Source of the DNA: a virus
DNA: 64,000 bases
Reading direction: 5' to 3' (one strand)
IMG/VR virus record: IMGVR_UViG_3300026196_000005
Below the pieces are notes generated by a model that was given only the letters and a program-made list of their open reading frames with translations, was not told where the DNA came from and did not search any database. Shown one piece after another: positions 34,341 to 43,205 of this stretch. Position numbers and translations under genes: made by a program. Every line of letters begins with the position of its first letter. The stretch's first letter is position 1.

Positions 34341-34422
34341 AAAATCACTCCTAAAATAAAAGCAACAGCCAACCAAAAAATAATGCTAAAAAATAATGCC
34401 CATAAACATCCTGTTCTGTTCA

Positions 34423-34785
34423 TTACTGGTTTTTGTCCCATGTCCAGCTCCTAAATAAGATTTTCAAAACATTGCGCCAAAAACGCGGCGGCAATTGATA
34501 ATATCCTCTTGGTAATCGCAGCTTGGTTCCTTTTGCCATATTGCACGGTATGCAGGCTACAACTAGATTTTGCTCATCATTGATATACGGCCAGTTTTTT
34601 GCGGCTGAATAGGGCAATATATGCTCTATGTGCCATCCGTGATTAGGTTCAACTTCTTTATTGCAATATTGACATCTGCCCTTATCTCTGCACCAAAGAT
34701 AGTACCTGAATCGTTTACTGAAAATAAGCCGCTCGGCCGGCTGGCTAGTGGTATCTAAGTACCATCTGCAAAATTTAGCTATCAT
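34423..34785 (-). CDS. HNH endonuclease
   Basis: CQYCNKEV...HIEHILPYS...NLVVACIPCNMAKG. Confidence 0.7.
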   Translation of the reverse strand: MIAKFCRWYLDTTSQPAERLIFSKRFRYYLWCRDKGRCQYCNKEVEPNHGWHIEHILPYSAAKNWPYINDEQNLVVACIPCNMAKGTKLRLPRGYYQLPPRFWRNVLKILFRSWTWDKNQ

Positions 34786-35023
34786 CTGCTGTAATGTGCC
34801 ATTTCCCGCAATATTTTATGCAATGATAAACTCTGCAGTGTACACCGCGCTCCCGTTTCACATGAGCAGCGGCATTTTCAGCAGCTTTTTTTGTAGTGTA
34901 TTTCAGCTTTTTGCCACACTCCTGCCAATACTCAGAGCGATTGCCAGTTCGTTTTTTTGTTTTCTCTTGTTTCCTATGCTTTACCGCCATTCCAGACTCC
35001 AATCGTAAATCATCGTTCCCCAA
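34775..35023 (-). CDS. small basic Cys/His-containing protein
   Basis: 82 aa, K/R-rich, with HCRVYHCIKYCGKWH; function unknown. Confidence 0.3.
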   Translation of the reverse strand: MGNDDLRLESGMAVKHRKQEKTKKRTGNRSEYWQECGKKLKYTTKKAAENAAAHVKRERGVHCRVYHCIKYCGKWHITADDS

Positions 35024-35919
35024 GGCGCATTGGGTAATGGTTCATGCAAAAGCAGATCAATATAAATATAGTCAGGATGTTCAATAATTGCCCCGCCTGT
35101 ATCTAAGCACTTGAATTCGCCAATACCGGGTATTACAACCGTCTGGCCTATCCATTCGCGTAAACACGCTGCCGTATTGCCATACCTATCCTCAGTGACC
35201 TTTACACCACTTGCCATTGTGGTGCAATCTGAATCACAATTAATGCCGCCTAAAAGTGGATCGTACCAGCTAATTTTAAGCGGTTTGTCGCTTGTAGTGA
35301 TAATGGCAAGGTGCCTGTCTTGTTTTTGTTCATTTTGCCAGTCCAAAAAGTTGAGAGTTTGGCCGTTTTGTTTCAAAATGACATGCGAATGACAACCTGT
35401 TGACCATCCGTGACTGGCTTCTTTGCCAATTTGTTGACCTGTTGCTATTTCACTGCCAATTTGTGCAGAATAATCGCCATGTAACAATGTCAATTCTAGG
35501 TCATTATTACCCTGTATTGTGAGCATGGTTGCTTGCTCCCAAACTACGCCGCGATCATCTACATGATTGTAGCCATCTAAGCCTACATAGGTCACAGTCC
35601 CACTAAATGGCGCATAAATCGGACTGCCACAACCGGCAGTAATATCTACGCCTTGCCAACCTGTAAGACCGTGTAATTGCTGCTGTGATACCCGGTATTG
35701 TGCGCTGTAAATAGATGCTAATTGCACATTGCTATTCATTTCTTGTCTATCGGCAATAGTTCCAGCGGCAATATAGGCCATAGGTGCAATAGCAAGCAAC
35801 TGCACAGCGAAGATACCGGCAAAAGAAAATAGCCTAAATCGCAACCTATGCCGCAATGCAAAAAAGGCCACAATCCAGGGTAGAAAAATGATTAAAATTA
35901 GCTTTATAACCGGAGTCAA
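34981..35919 (-). CDS. membrane-anchored peptidoglycan hydrolase (M23 peptidase plus 3D domain)
   Basis: N-terminal TM helices. GSPIYAPFSGTVTYVG...GCHSHVIL (M23 HxH). C-terminal YDPLLGGINCD...CLDTGGAI (3D-domain-like). Confidence 0.75.
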   Translation of the reverse strand: MTPVIKLILIIFLPWIVAFFALRHRLRFRLFSFAGIFAVQLLAIAPMAYIAAGTIADRQEMNSNVQLASIYSAQYRVSQQQLHGLTGWQGVDITAGCGSPIYAPFSGTVTYVGLDGYNHVDDRGVVWEQATMLTIQGNNDLELTLLHGDYSAQIGSEIATGQQIGKEASHGWSTGCHSHVILKQNGQTLNFLDWQNEQKQDRHLAIITTSDKPLKISWYDPLLGGINCDSDCTTMASGVKVTEDRYGNTAACLREWIGQTVVIPGIGEFKCLDTGGAIIEHPDYIYIDLLLHEPLPNAPWGTMIYDWSLEWR

Positions 35920-36051
35920 GAGTCACCTATTTTTTGTAAAATGCCGTTGTAAAAACTAAAATTTATGGGACTTTTTGTAAAATGCCAGTCGAGTTGAGTC
36001 CCATACGTCCAAATTACAAAAGCCTAGCGCATTACGCACTAGGCTAATTGA

Positions 36052-36294
36052 TTAATATTCTTTTCGCAGAGCCAAAACTTCCCCGTCGCAAATATAATCT
36101 GTGATGGCCTGCTGCAAAAGCAACCGCCATATTTCGGCCATCGGCACCTTGTATGCCTTCGCCAGTTTGTCTAGCCATTCACGCTCGGTGTTGCTGAGGC
36201 GAATGGTCGAGGGGTTGCCCGTCGCGGGTTCGTTGGCGATTTTTAGCTTGATTTCCAGGACTCGCGTCCGCGATTTGGTATTACCATCCGCCAC
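36052..36294 (-). CDS. ribbon-helix-helix-like DNA-binding protein
   Basis: IRLSNTEREWLDKLAKAYKVPMAEIWRLLLQQAI fits an RHH beta-alpha-alpha pattern. Confidence 0.4.
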   Translation of the reverse strand: MADGNTKSRTRVLEIKLKIANEPATGNPSTIRLSNTEREWLDKLAKAYKVPMAEIWRLLLQQAITDYICDGEVLALRKEY

Positions 36295-36514
36295 GATTGC
36301 ACCAATCCTGCGCCGCTTTTTTTGAGGTGCGCCGACATGACTGAGTTAGTTTTCCGTTATAGTATAGTGATGCTCCCCATAGGTCTGGAGCCGATGTAGG
36401 ATCGGAGTCGATGTCCTCATGAATCCCAAATACGTGCGCTTCGTTTGTATCATTTTCGTTTTCTGGATGTGTTCCTACATATCTCTGAATACCATCGCGT
36501 TTGTAAGTAAACAT
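36281..36514 (-). CDS. hypothetical protein
   Basis: 77-aa ORF in an operon with overlapping stop/start codons. Confidence 0.3.
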   Translation of the reverse strand: MFTYKRDGIQRYVGTHPENENDTNEAHVFGIHEDIDSDPTSAPDLWGASLYYNGKLTQSCRRTSKKAAQDWCNRGGW

Positions 36515-36720
36515 TTTTCAATTTCCTTTGGCTCTCGGCCTATTGGCTTGCTCAATTGCTTGCCACTTGAAGAAGTATAGCATAGTTGTATATCAGTGTC
36601 AAGCGTTTGGGGTACTAATTCCCAAAACTCAACCTTAAAACTTTCTACCTCTGGTAAAATGTCATCTTTCTTGCCATAAGCGCGGAATCCAGTTGTAATA
36701 AGTTCCCTGGCTTTTATCAA
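36475..36720 (-). CDS. hypothetical protein
   Basis: 81-aa ORF overlapping both neighbours; start uncertain. Confidence 0.3.
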   Translation of the reverse strand: MIKARELITTGFRAYGKKDDILPEVESFKVEFWELVPQTLDTDIQLCYTSSSGKQLSKPIGREPKEIEKCLLTNAMVFRDM

Positions 36721-37912
36721 ATTTTTCTTGAAATTCTGCCAAAGTTGGCATCGAATCGAATCCAGTGAACCAACTTGTAATCATGGCCGTTTTTTCATCG
36801 TCCGATCCTTGCCACAATACCGGGTTTTGGTTTGCCGTTTTCATCTGCTTTTTGGGCCATTCTGGTTCAGTTCTATTTTCAGACCATTGCCGCGCCGTTT
36901 CCTCTAATTCCCGCTTTGCCACATAAAGTGATTGGATGATATTTATCTCACCTGCAATATCGGCAATGAAGCGGCCTCTGATTTTGCCATTGGCGTGGAA
37001 TGGTTCCCAGTATTCCTTAGCAATTTCCATTATTTTATAATAGTGGCTAGGATTCTTTAGGTAAGCGCAAAAAATACTGCTCATCTGCGATTTTAGCGCA
37101 GTTGGAACCGCTGCCACGTTGCCAAGCTGGGTAGCTGGAATTAATGAGATACCAAAAGCGCGGCCTTCTTTTGCCAATTTGACCATACCGTTTAATGCCT
37201 GTTCGGATTCGTTTGTGATGTTTTGGAATTCGTCAACAATCATCACAATGCGCGGCAAGCGGGGCAAACCAAGCGCATTACCAAGCCGATGATAGTCATC
37301 TAAATTATTGCAAATGCGATCTTGCGGAATTGCCTTAAATAGTTGAGCGCGTTCTGTCATCTCCAATAATAGATGATTAATTTGCTCATTGGCCTGGCTG
37401 GCAGATGTGGCAACGGGTAAAAGTAAATGGGGAAGCCGCTTATAAATACGAAAATCCAATCCCTCTTTCAAATCGGCAATGACAAGGCGCAAATCTTGCG
37501 GTGTACTATTAAGAAGCAACTGGTGAATGATACTATGCACGAATGAAGTTTTGCCGCTGCCAGTGATACCGACAACCATAAAGCTGCCAAGCTCCTGTAA
37601 ATCAGTCATCAGATATTGGCGGGACTCTATATCCTGGCCGGGACAAATAACATAAGGCTCTGTTTTAGTTGCTTCTTGTTCGGGCAATCGCCAATCTCTG
37701 AGCGCATAATACAGGGTTTTAAGCCATGAAAAAATAGGCAATAAAATCAGGTTATATCGTTCCTCGTGAGCAATCCAAATAGCAACAGCGCAAACAGCCG
37801 CAAAAATAATGCCAGTTCCAATGGATTCTGATTGCCAAAATCCAATTAGACCCGCTATTAATGCGTAAATATAAATTGCTTGGTTTGGTTGCCCTGTATC
37901 GGTTTGATTCAT
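36662..37912 (-). CDS. FtsK/SpoIIIE/TraB-like DNA-translocase ATPase with N-terminal TM segments
   Basis: Walker A VVGITGSGKTSF, Walker B IVMIVDEFQNI, two N-terminal TM helices. Confidence 0.75.
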   Translation of the reverse strand: MNQTDTGQPNQAIYIYALIAGLIGFWQSESIGTGIIFAAVCAVAIWIAHEERYNLILLPIFSWLKTLYYALRDWRLPEQEATKTEPYVICPGQDIESRQYLMTDLQELGSFMVVGITGSGKTSFVHSIIHQLLLNSTPQDLRLVIADLKEGLDFRIYKRLPHLLLPVATSASQANEQINHLLLEMTERAQLFKAIPQDRICNNLDDYHRLGNALGLPRLPRIVMIVDEFQNITNESEQALNGMVKLAKEGRAFGISLIPATQLGNVAAVPTALKSQMSSIFCAYLKNPSHYYKIMEIAKEYWEPFHANGKIRGRFIADIAGEINIIQSLYVAKRELEETARQWSENRTEPEWPKKQMKTANQNPVLWQGSDDEKTAMITSWFTGFDSMPTLAEFQEKFDKSQGTYYNWIPRLWQER

Positions 37913-38106
37913 TTTACGCTTTTAAGATATTTTATTAACCATTTTGGCATTTGCGATTTATGGTATTTTGTATTTAATTTACAATCTGGACATTCTATTT
38001 CATAGGAAATTACTGTAGGATCGCCATCATGTACTCCACCATCACATATTTCAGAATACAATATCTGCTTAATTCTGACGGCAATATTTTTATGAGCGCA
38101 TTTCAT
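37909..38106 (-). CDS. small zinc-ribbon-like protein
   Basis: 65 aa with CAH...CDGG...CPDCK. RBS AGAGGGGATGTGAATAATG is nearly identical to another just upstream (~38300). Confidence 0.3.
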   Translation of the reverse strand: MKCAHKNIAVRIKQILYSEICDGGVHDGDPTVISYEIECPDCKLNTKYHKSQMPKWLIKYLKSVK

Positions 38107-38300
38107 TATTCACATCCCCTCTAATTTATTCTATAAATTATCTAAAAATTATCTAATTACTTGCTGTAAAATTTGATATGTTTCTTTTTGGTCTATTAGT
38201 TGTTGCTGAATATATAGATACATAGCATGTTCTATATATGGCAATGCAATCATTAAAACAAGAATTACAAAAACAAAAATAATAAATCTCTGTTTATCGG

Positions 38301-38762
38301 TCATTGTTCGCATCCCCTCTGATTTATTTTATAAGCCAGCGAAACTAATCTAATTTTCTCATCCTCTGCCATCGGTTGATTATTTGCCACAAAACAGGCG
38401 AGATCGTCTAATTCGGGCCACTTTTGCCGTAGCTGCAAAACCGCTGGGCTGTTTTGGTCATAGGCATTTAGGTCACTGGCGATTTGAACCAGTACGCCTT
38501 TGTCTTCTGGTGTCAAATCGGCATAGCTGCCACCTGTCCACTCAACTGGAAAAACATACCATCCTAAAAACACTAATCCAAAAACTGCACCGACAAGAAA
38601 AGCCAATGATAGTTTTTCATATTCCTTTAGTAGGTTCCAATAGTTTTTACCCGGTATTGGTGGCGACGTGACAACGGTCATTTGTTCAGTCTGTTGCACC
38701 TGTTTTCTAGGTTCAGTAATTTGCATTACTGGATTTGTTCTGAATTGGTTTACTCGCTTCAT
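38301..38762 (-). CDS. single-pass membrane protein
   Basis: 153 aa, central TM LSLAFLVGAVFGLVFLGWYVF. My base-by-base reading near 38340 disagreed by 1 nt with the ORF track, so the track coordinates are kept. Confidence 0.4.
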   Translation of the reverse strand: MKRVNQFRTNPVMQITEPRKQVQQTEQMTVVTSPPIPGKNYWNLLKEYEKLSLAFLVGAVFGLVFLGWYVFPVEWTGGSYADLTPEDKGVLVQIASDLNAYDQNSPAVLQLRQKWPELDDLACFVANNQPMAEDEKIRLVSLAYKINQRGCEQ

Positions 38763-38764
38763 AA

Positions 38765-39337
38765 TTAGTTACCCGGTATTGGCGTGGGGGGTGCGCATCC
38801 CCGCGCATAATCCTCAGAAGTTGCATTTTTGCATACAAAAACAGTCGGCAATGATACAGGCGTTTGTGTTGGCTGAATCATCGGACGCGGTGTTTCAGTT
38901 GGCTGCGCTGGCAATGCTGTAGCAAAAAATACCGTAGCCGTGGCTTCAAACATACTGGGTGTAGGTGTCACAGATATGGCCGTTGGGAATCCGCCGTCTG
39001 GTGTAGAAATAATGACAGGAGCATCGTCATTATTGCTATTCCACTTATTAGATGACTCATTAATAATTTCAGTTGTAATGGCTTCAATATCGCCAGACCT
39101 GCCCCAAATGGATGAAAATGCGTCGATAAAGGCATCAGTGAGCATTGGTGGATATTCACGAATACCGACAGGAATGAGCAGCAAAATGAGGATGACAACT
39201 GCCACTGAAACAAGGTCAATCTTTTTTGCCTCTAGCATGGTTTTACCAGCCAGATAAATGAGCAACATGCCCATGCCAAGCAATGCCAACATTAAAAGAG
39301 GAAGGGCAACAGCTAGGAGTTTAGTTAGTGCGTCCAT
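38765..39337 (-). CDS. membrane protein with Pro/Thr-rich extracellular tail
   Basis: Two N-terminal TM helices; C-terminal PTPSMF...PAQPTETPRPMIQPTQTPVSLP. Confidence 0.4.
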   Translation of the reverse strand: MDALTKLLAVALPLLMLALLGMGMLLIYLAGKTMLEAKKIDLVSVAVVILILLLIPVGIREYPPMLTDAFIDAFSSIWGRSGDIEAITTEIINESSNKWNSNNDDAPVIISTPDGGFPTAISVTPTPSMFEATATVFFATALPAQPTETPRPMIQPTQTPVSLPTVFVCKNATSEDYARGCAPPTPIPGN

Positions 39338-39339
39338 GT

Positions 39340-39564
39340 TTATTTCCCCATTGGAACAGGTATGGAAATTGCTTCAATCTCTTTTTGAAGTTGCTCAAAT
39401 CGTTGCAATCTGATTTTTTCAACTTCATCAGCAGGAATAAACCATGCGTCTTTTTCCCCTTCACCTTTCCTACCTTTTACAATTCCCTTATCTAGCCATT
39501 TAAGCCAAGTCGGGTAGCTGTAACCTGCATATTCTTTTGCTTGAATTATTGTGAGTTCGTTCAT
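39340..39564 (-). CDS. excisionase/MerR-like HTH DNA-binding protein
   Basis: LTIIQAKEYAGYSYPTWLKWLDKGIVKG. First gene of the leftward operon, at a divergent promoter region. Start set at MNELT. Confidence 0.5.
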   Translation of the reverse strand: MNELTIIQAKEYAGYSYPTWLKWLDKGIVKGRKGEGEKDAWFIPADEVEKIRLQRFEQLQKEIEAISIPVPMGK

Positions 39565-39620
39565 AATAATATAGTACATTAGTATGATTATCATGTCAAC
39601 TTGAAAATTGTCTATATAAA

Positions 39621-39666
39621 CACTTGACAAGTAGTTTATAATCTGCTAAGATAAGGGCAGTTGAGA
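39621..39666 (+). promoter_or_regulatory. promoter/leader cassette copy 1 (TAGTTTATAAT ... CAGTTGAGA)
   Basis: TTGACA, TAGTTTATAAT (39632-39642) and CAGTTGAGA (39658-39666). The same blocks recur at 51004-51047 and 63339-63381. Confidence 0.5.
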
Positions 39667-39693
39667 AAAACATAGCAAAACAGGAGATACAAA

Positions 39694-39885
39694 ATGAAAA
39701 AGACAACCAACCAATTAATCAATGAATTTATGAGAAATTTAGAGGGCACGGGTAATTTTAACCAGGATGAGTTATCTATCATTTATGACAACGTGTCTGA
39801 CATTGTGACATCAGCTCAAGAAAAAGTTATAGCAGACGCAGAAGATAAAATTGCATCCTTAAGAATTTTCACATTAGGTAAATAG
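39694..39885 (+). CDS. hypothetical protein
   Basis: 63-aa ORF with AGGAG RBS. Confidence 0.4.
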   Translation: MKKTTNQLINEFMRNLEGTGNFNQDELSIIYDNVSDIVTSAQEKVIADAEDKIASLRIFTLGK

Positions 39886-39910
39886 AACTAACAAAACAGG
39901 AGATTCAAAA

Positions 39911-40231
39911 ATGACATTTTTACCAGTATGCGAATTAAAACCCGGTATGGTTGTAGAAACTCGCGCAGGAATGCCAGCTTATTTGGTAGTTGAAAATAAT
40001 GGCGGCATGGTTACATTTCAGAATGAAAAAGAAACTTACAGCGACAATGACGGCTATGCCAAACTAATCAACAAAATGTTACCAGTGACTTTTATGCGAA
40101 ACTTGGAAAGCGGCATCATTCACGCCACAATCAGCGGACGGGCATTGTGCAACGTTCGCAACTCTCAGAACGAAGAAACAACCGAACATTTCGCAACTTG
40201 CGAGAAGTGCATCAAACTATTTGAAAATTAA
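39911..40231 (+). CDS. hypothetical protein
   Basis: 106-aa ORF with AGGAG RBS. Confidence 0.4.
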   Translation: MTFLPVCELKPGMVVETRAGMPAYLVVENNGGMVTFQNEKETYSDNDGYAKLINKMLPVTFMRNLESGIIHATISGRALCNVRNSQNEETTEHFATCEKCIKLFEN

Positions 40232-40276
40232 ATCCTTATAGGGGCCGCGCATCTCACACGCGGAAAGGAAAATAAA

Positions 40277-40543
40277 ATGAATTGGCATATTACAAGAGAT
40301 GGTTTTGGTATTAGCACCGTTAAAAATAGAATGAATCCAGATGTGGCAAAAGTCATCGATACTGGACTGGAGTCAGAGATGTTAGCCAATGCCCGCCTTA
40401 TTGCGGCAGCTCCACAGATGTTGGCAGCGTTAGAAAAAGTGTCAGAAGAAATGGAAGCGGCTTCAGTGTATGCCGCAACCCCGATTATAAATATGGAATT
40501 AGCAGACATCATACAAAACGCACTTGATGCGGCAAAGATATGA
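40277..40543 (+). CDS. hypothetical protein
   Basis: 88-aa ORF with GGAAAGGAA RBS region. Confidence 0.35.
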   Translation: MNWHITRDGFGISTVKNRMNPDVAKVIDTGLESEMLANARLIAAAPQMLAALEKVSEEMEAASVYAATPIINMELADIIQNALDAAKI

Positions 40544-40718
40544 GCGCACAAATAATAAATATGATGTTTGAAGATGCTCAATTGGCAGATTTGGAACCAG
40601 TGCCAGATTTTACAAATGATTTTGTTGACGCTTATTTTCAAATGTATTCAAGAATATCAATATTTTAGGAGGTGATTGCCAAACATACAGCTTATCAGCT
40701 TTGGTTGGTAGGCTGTAG

Positions 40719-41136
40719 TTTGTAAATCATTTTAGTTAAATCAAAGGAGATTTAAAATGCAAGACCATGTATTAACTCAAGACCAAGCACGACGCTTAAA
40801 TGTACCGGAATTGGCCGGAAAAACAGTTCAGGTAACTTTGAAAACAGATACAGAAAAACATCCTGATGATGTCAATGTTCCAATTGCAAAAGATGTTTTT
40901 TATAAAGAAGAACGAATCGGAGGGGTATTGAGCTTAGATGAATAGTGATTGATAGATTTTTGCTTCATATTGCACAATTGATATGGAGCAAAGATTTGTA
41001 AATCATTTTAACAATTTTGCCGCTCGAATAAATAAACAATTACGGACTAAAAGACGGGTAGATTGGGAAAATGCCCACTAAAATCCCTGAATTGGCTAGA
41101 ATGCCACCGTAGCGGCAAATTTTGTAAATCATTTTA
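40719..41136 (+). repeat. three copies of the 15-mer TTGTAAATCATTTTA
   Basis: Copies at 40719-40733, 40996-41010 and 41122-41136. Each follows a hairpin-like sequence, and two of them lie 15-25 nt before an RBS/start. Confidence 0.8.
40757..40945 (+). CDS. hypothetical protein
   Basis: 62-aa ORF with AAGGAG RBS. Confidence 0.35.
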   Translation: MQDHVLTQDQARRLNVPELAGKTVQVTLKTDTEKHPDDVNVPIAKDVFYKEERIGGVLSLDE

Positions 41137-41156
41137 TTAAAAATAGGAGAATCAAA

Positions 41157-41369
41157 ATGAAACAACGTAAAATTACCTTTATCAGTATTACAGAATCAAT
41201 GCGGTTTTATGCTCATTATCCGATTGGCCACACAGAGCGATTGCAAATTGTTCATGAGGCTTGTATTCAAGAGCGAATAGGGCTTGATATATCAGTACGC
41301 GTGTATTCTGGCATCTCAGAAGCCAGCATTTTACGACTGGCAAAGATTCAGGAGAAATTGGCGAAATGA
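41157..41369 (+). CDS. hypothetical protein
   Basis: 70-aa ORF with AGGAG RBS. Confidence 0.35.
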   Translation: MKQRKITFISITESMRFYAHYPIGHTERLQIVHEACIQERIGLDISVRVYSGISEASILRLAKIQEKLAK

Positions 41370-41492
41370 CCGTCAATGATATTGTCACTATCACGAAAAT
41401 GGTATATGAAAAATATACCGAACTTGAAAGCAAGATTGGCAGGGAGAATGCGGCTAATGTTTCTCTTGAACTGCTGAAAGTGGAATTGAAAA

Positions 41493-41969
41493 ATGTCAAA
41501 GATAACAGTTAAAAAATTGGGAAAAATGAACGCTTGTCAAGACGCAATCCAATGGCTCAACAAACAAAGTACAAATGATTTCTATGAGCTTTTCGAGCTT
41601 GCTAAAAACGAAAATCATCTCGATTGGGCCAATTGGTACATTGCTCAAATTATGACCAAAGAGCAAAGAATGAAATATGCCATTTTCGCCGCAGAGTTGG
41701 TATTACATATTTTTACGGAAAAATATCCTGATGATAAACGGCCAGAAAATGGAATTAAAGCAATAAGAGCCTATCTTGAAAACCCAACTGCGGGAAACAA
41801 ACGCGCTGCTGCTTATGCTGCTGTTGTTAATGCTGCTGCTTATGGTGCTGCTTATGCTGCTGCTTGTGCTGCTTATGATGCTTGTGCTGCTTATGCTGCT
41901 GATGCCAAAAAAGAAACGTTGATCAAAATTATTGAACATGGCATATCTTTGGTAATGGAAAATGAGTGA
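41493..41969 (+). CDS. helical protein with Ala/Tyr-rich tandem repeat
   Basis: AAAYAAVVNAAAYGAAYAAACAAYDACAAYAADA, encoded by GCTGCTTATG-type DNA repeats at ~41806-41905. Confidence 0.45.
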   Translation: MSKITVKKLGKMNACQDAIQWLNKQSTNDFYELFELAKNENHLDWANWYIAQIMTKEQRMKYAIFAAELVLHIFTEKYPDDKRPENGIKAIRAYLENPTAGNKRAAAYAAVVNAAAYGAAYAAACAAYDACAAYAADAKKETLIKIIEHGISLVMENE

Positions 41970-42189
41970 TTACAAAATCATAATCTACAATGTCGAATTG
42001 CCAGAATTAGAATTGGCAATTGAAAAAGCAACCAACGCATACCGGGTAAAGTTTGGCAATGAGCCAAAAACATTAACAGTTGCACCCGGTATGGTTGTTG
42101 AAGCAAGTGAATTAATCGAAAGTAAAGACCTCCAACTCGCAATTGATAGGTTTTTTGCCAGTGGCGGAACAATTCAAATAGGAGAATAA
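41962..42189 (+). CDS. hypothetical protein
   Basis: 75-aa ORF overlapping the previous stop. Confidence 0.35.
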   Translation: MSDYKIIIYNVELPELELAIEKATNAYRVKFGNEPKTLTVAPGMVVEASELIESKDLQLAIDRFFASGGTIQIGE

Positions 42190-42193
42190 AACA

Positions 42194-42538
42194 ATGGGCA
42201 GTTATTATTATCATACAAATGACAAAGATTATCAGTTGGCGCATTCGCATTACAGCGACCCGGCATTCAAAAAAGAAGCCGTGATTTTTGGTAAAAAAGA
42301 AGATGGATTGCAATGGGAGTATGCCGATAGGTTGCAACAATGGGACAGAGAAAAAGCCGCTGCTTCTTTTGCCATAGCCAAAGAAAAATATGGTGAAAAA
42401 AATACGGCGCGTCGAATCGAATGTTATTTACGCCAGTATTTTGAAAATCCTTCTTTAGAGTTGATTTGTATCTTAAGTGGTACTCAGCCGTTTAATGGCT
42501 ATCCCTGGTACGCTTACGGATTCAAAGCGGGAGAATAA
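42194..42538 (+). CDS. hypothetical protein
   Basis: 114-aa ORF with AGGAG RBS. Confidence 0.4.
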   Translation: MGSYYYHTNDKDYQLAHSHYSDPAFKKEAVIFGKKEDGLQWEYADRLQQWDREKAAASFAIAKEKYGEKNTARRIECYLRQYFENPSLELICILSGTQPFNGYPWYAYGFKAGE

Positions 42539-42542
42539 AACA

Positions 42543-42755
42543 ATGCAACTTACACCGCAATTAAGCCAGTTTGACCCGCTTTGTATGCTGGCTATTCAGG
42601 TCATTGTACGCGCTAAATTGGATGCTGAAAAAGGCGACAAAAAAGCGCGGCAATGGTTTGGTAGCAAAGATTATCATTGGTATTTAGATTTTATTTCAGT
42701 GCATACCGGGTGCAACTTGCCTTATGATTTTATACCTAGTTTTGGAGGTGATTGA
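42543..42755 (+). CDS. hypothetical protein
   Basis: Start set at ATG 42543 (MQLTPQ), after a GGGAGAA RBS. Confidence 0.35.
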   Translation: MQLTPQLSQFDPLCMLAIQVIVRAKLDAEKGDKKARQWFGSKDYHWYLDFISVHTGCNLPYDFIPSFGGD

Positions 42756-42756
42756 G

Positions 42757-42966
42757 ATGTGGATTAAAGATACGTATGGAAACTTAGTCAACATATTAAA
42801 TCTTATTTCTATTATTGAGCGAGGAAATTTTGTCGAGGGAATTTCTGCATATCGGGATCGGCTCGTGCCAGTCTTGCTTTATGAGGGTGATAATTGCGAG
42901 GCCTACATGACTGAACTTGAAAAAGAATTGGCCGCATTTGGGAAGTTGATTAGGGTGGAAATTTAG
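42757..42966 (+). CDS. hypothetical protein
   Basis: Start set at ATG 42757 (MWIKD), after a GGAGGTG RBS. Confidence 0.35.
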   Translation: MWIKDTYGNLVNILNLISIIERGNFVEGISAYRDRLVPVLLYEGDNCEAYMTELEKELAAFGKLIRVEI

Positions 42967-43177
42967 TTGTGTTGGGATATGGGCTGTGCTATAATGAAGG
43001 GACAAGTAAGCAATTACACACCTTTGGCCGGGCGGTGTAACAAGCTAGATAATACAACCAAATACGTTTTTATCAGGAATACCCTGTCTGTAGTGCCTAT
43101 CTAGGCACTTATCTAGCTCGAAGCCCGGCCAAATAGCTTCTTTTTAGGTAGGCACTACAAACGGGGTATTTTTTTAT
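42967..43177 (+). promoter_or_regulatory. promoter (TTGTGT-N17-TATAAT, extended TGC) plus structured leader/small RNA with nested long-range helices and a long terminator hairpin
   Basis: TTGGCCGGGC (43024-43033) pairs with GCCCGGCCAA (43123-43132). GCTAGATAA (43044-43052) pairs with TTATCTAGC (43109-43117). The 26-nt arms 43078-43103 and 43145-43170 are followed by TTTTTTT, and the helices interdigitate. Confidence 0.45.
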
Positions 43178-43205
43178 TTACATACTATGTTTAGGAGTTT
43201 TTGCC

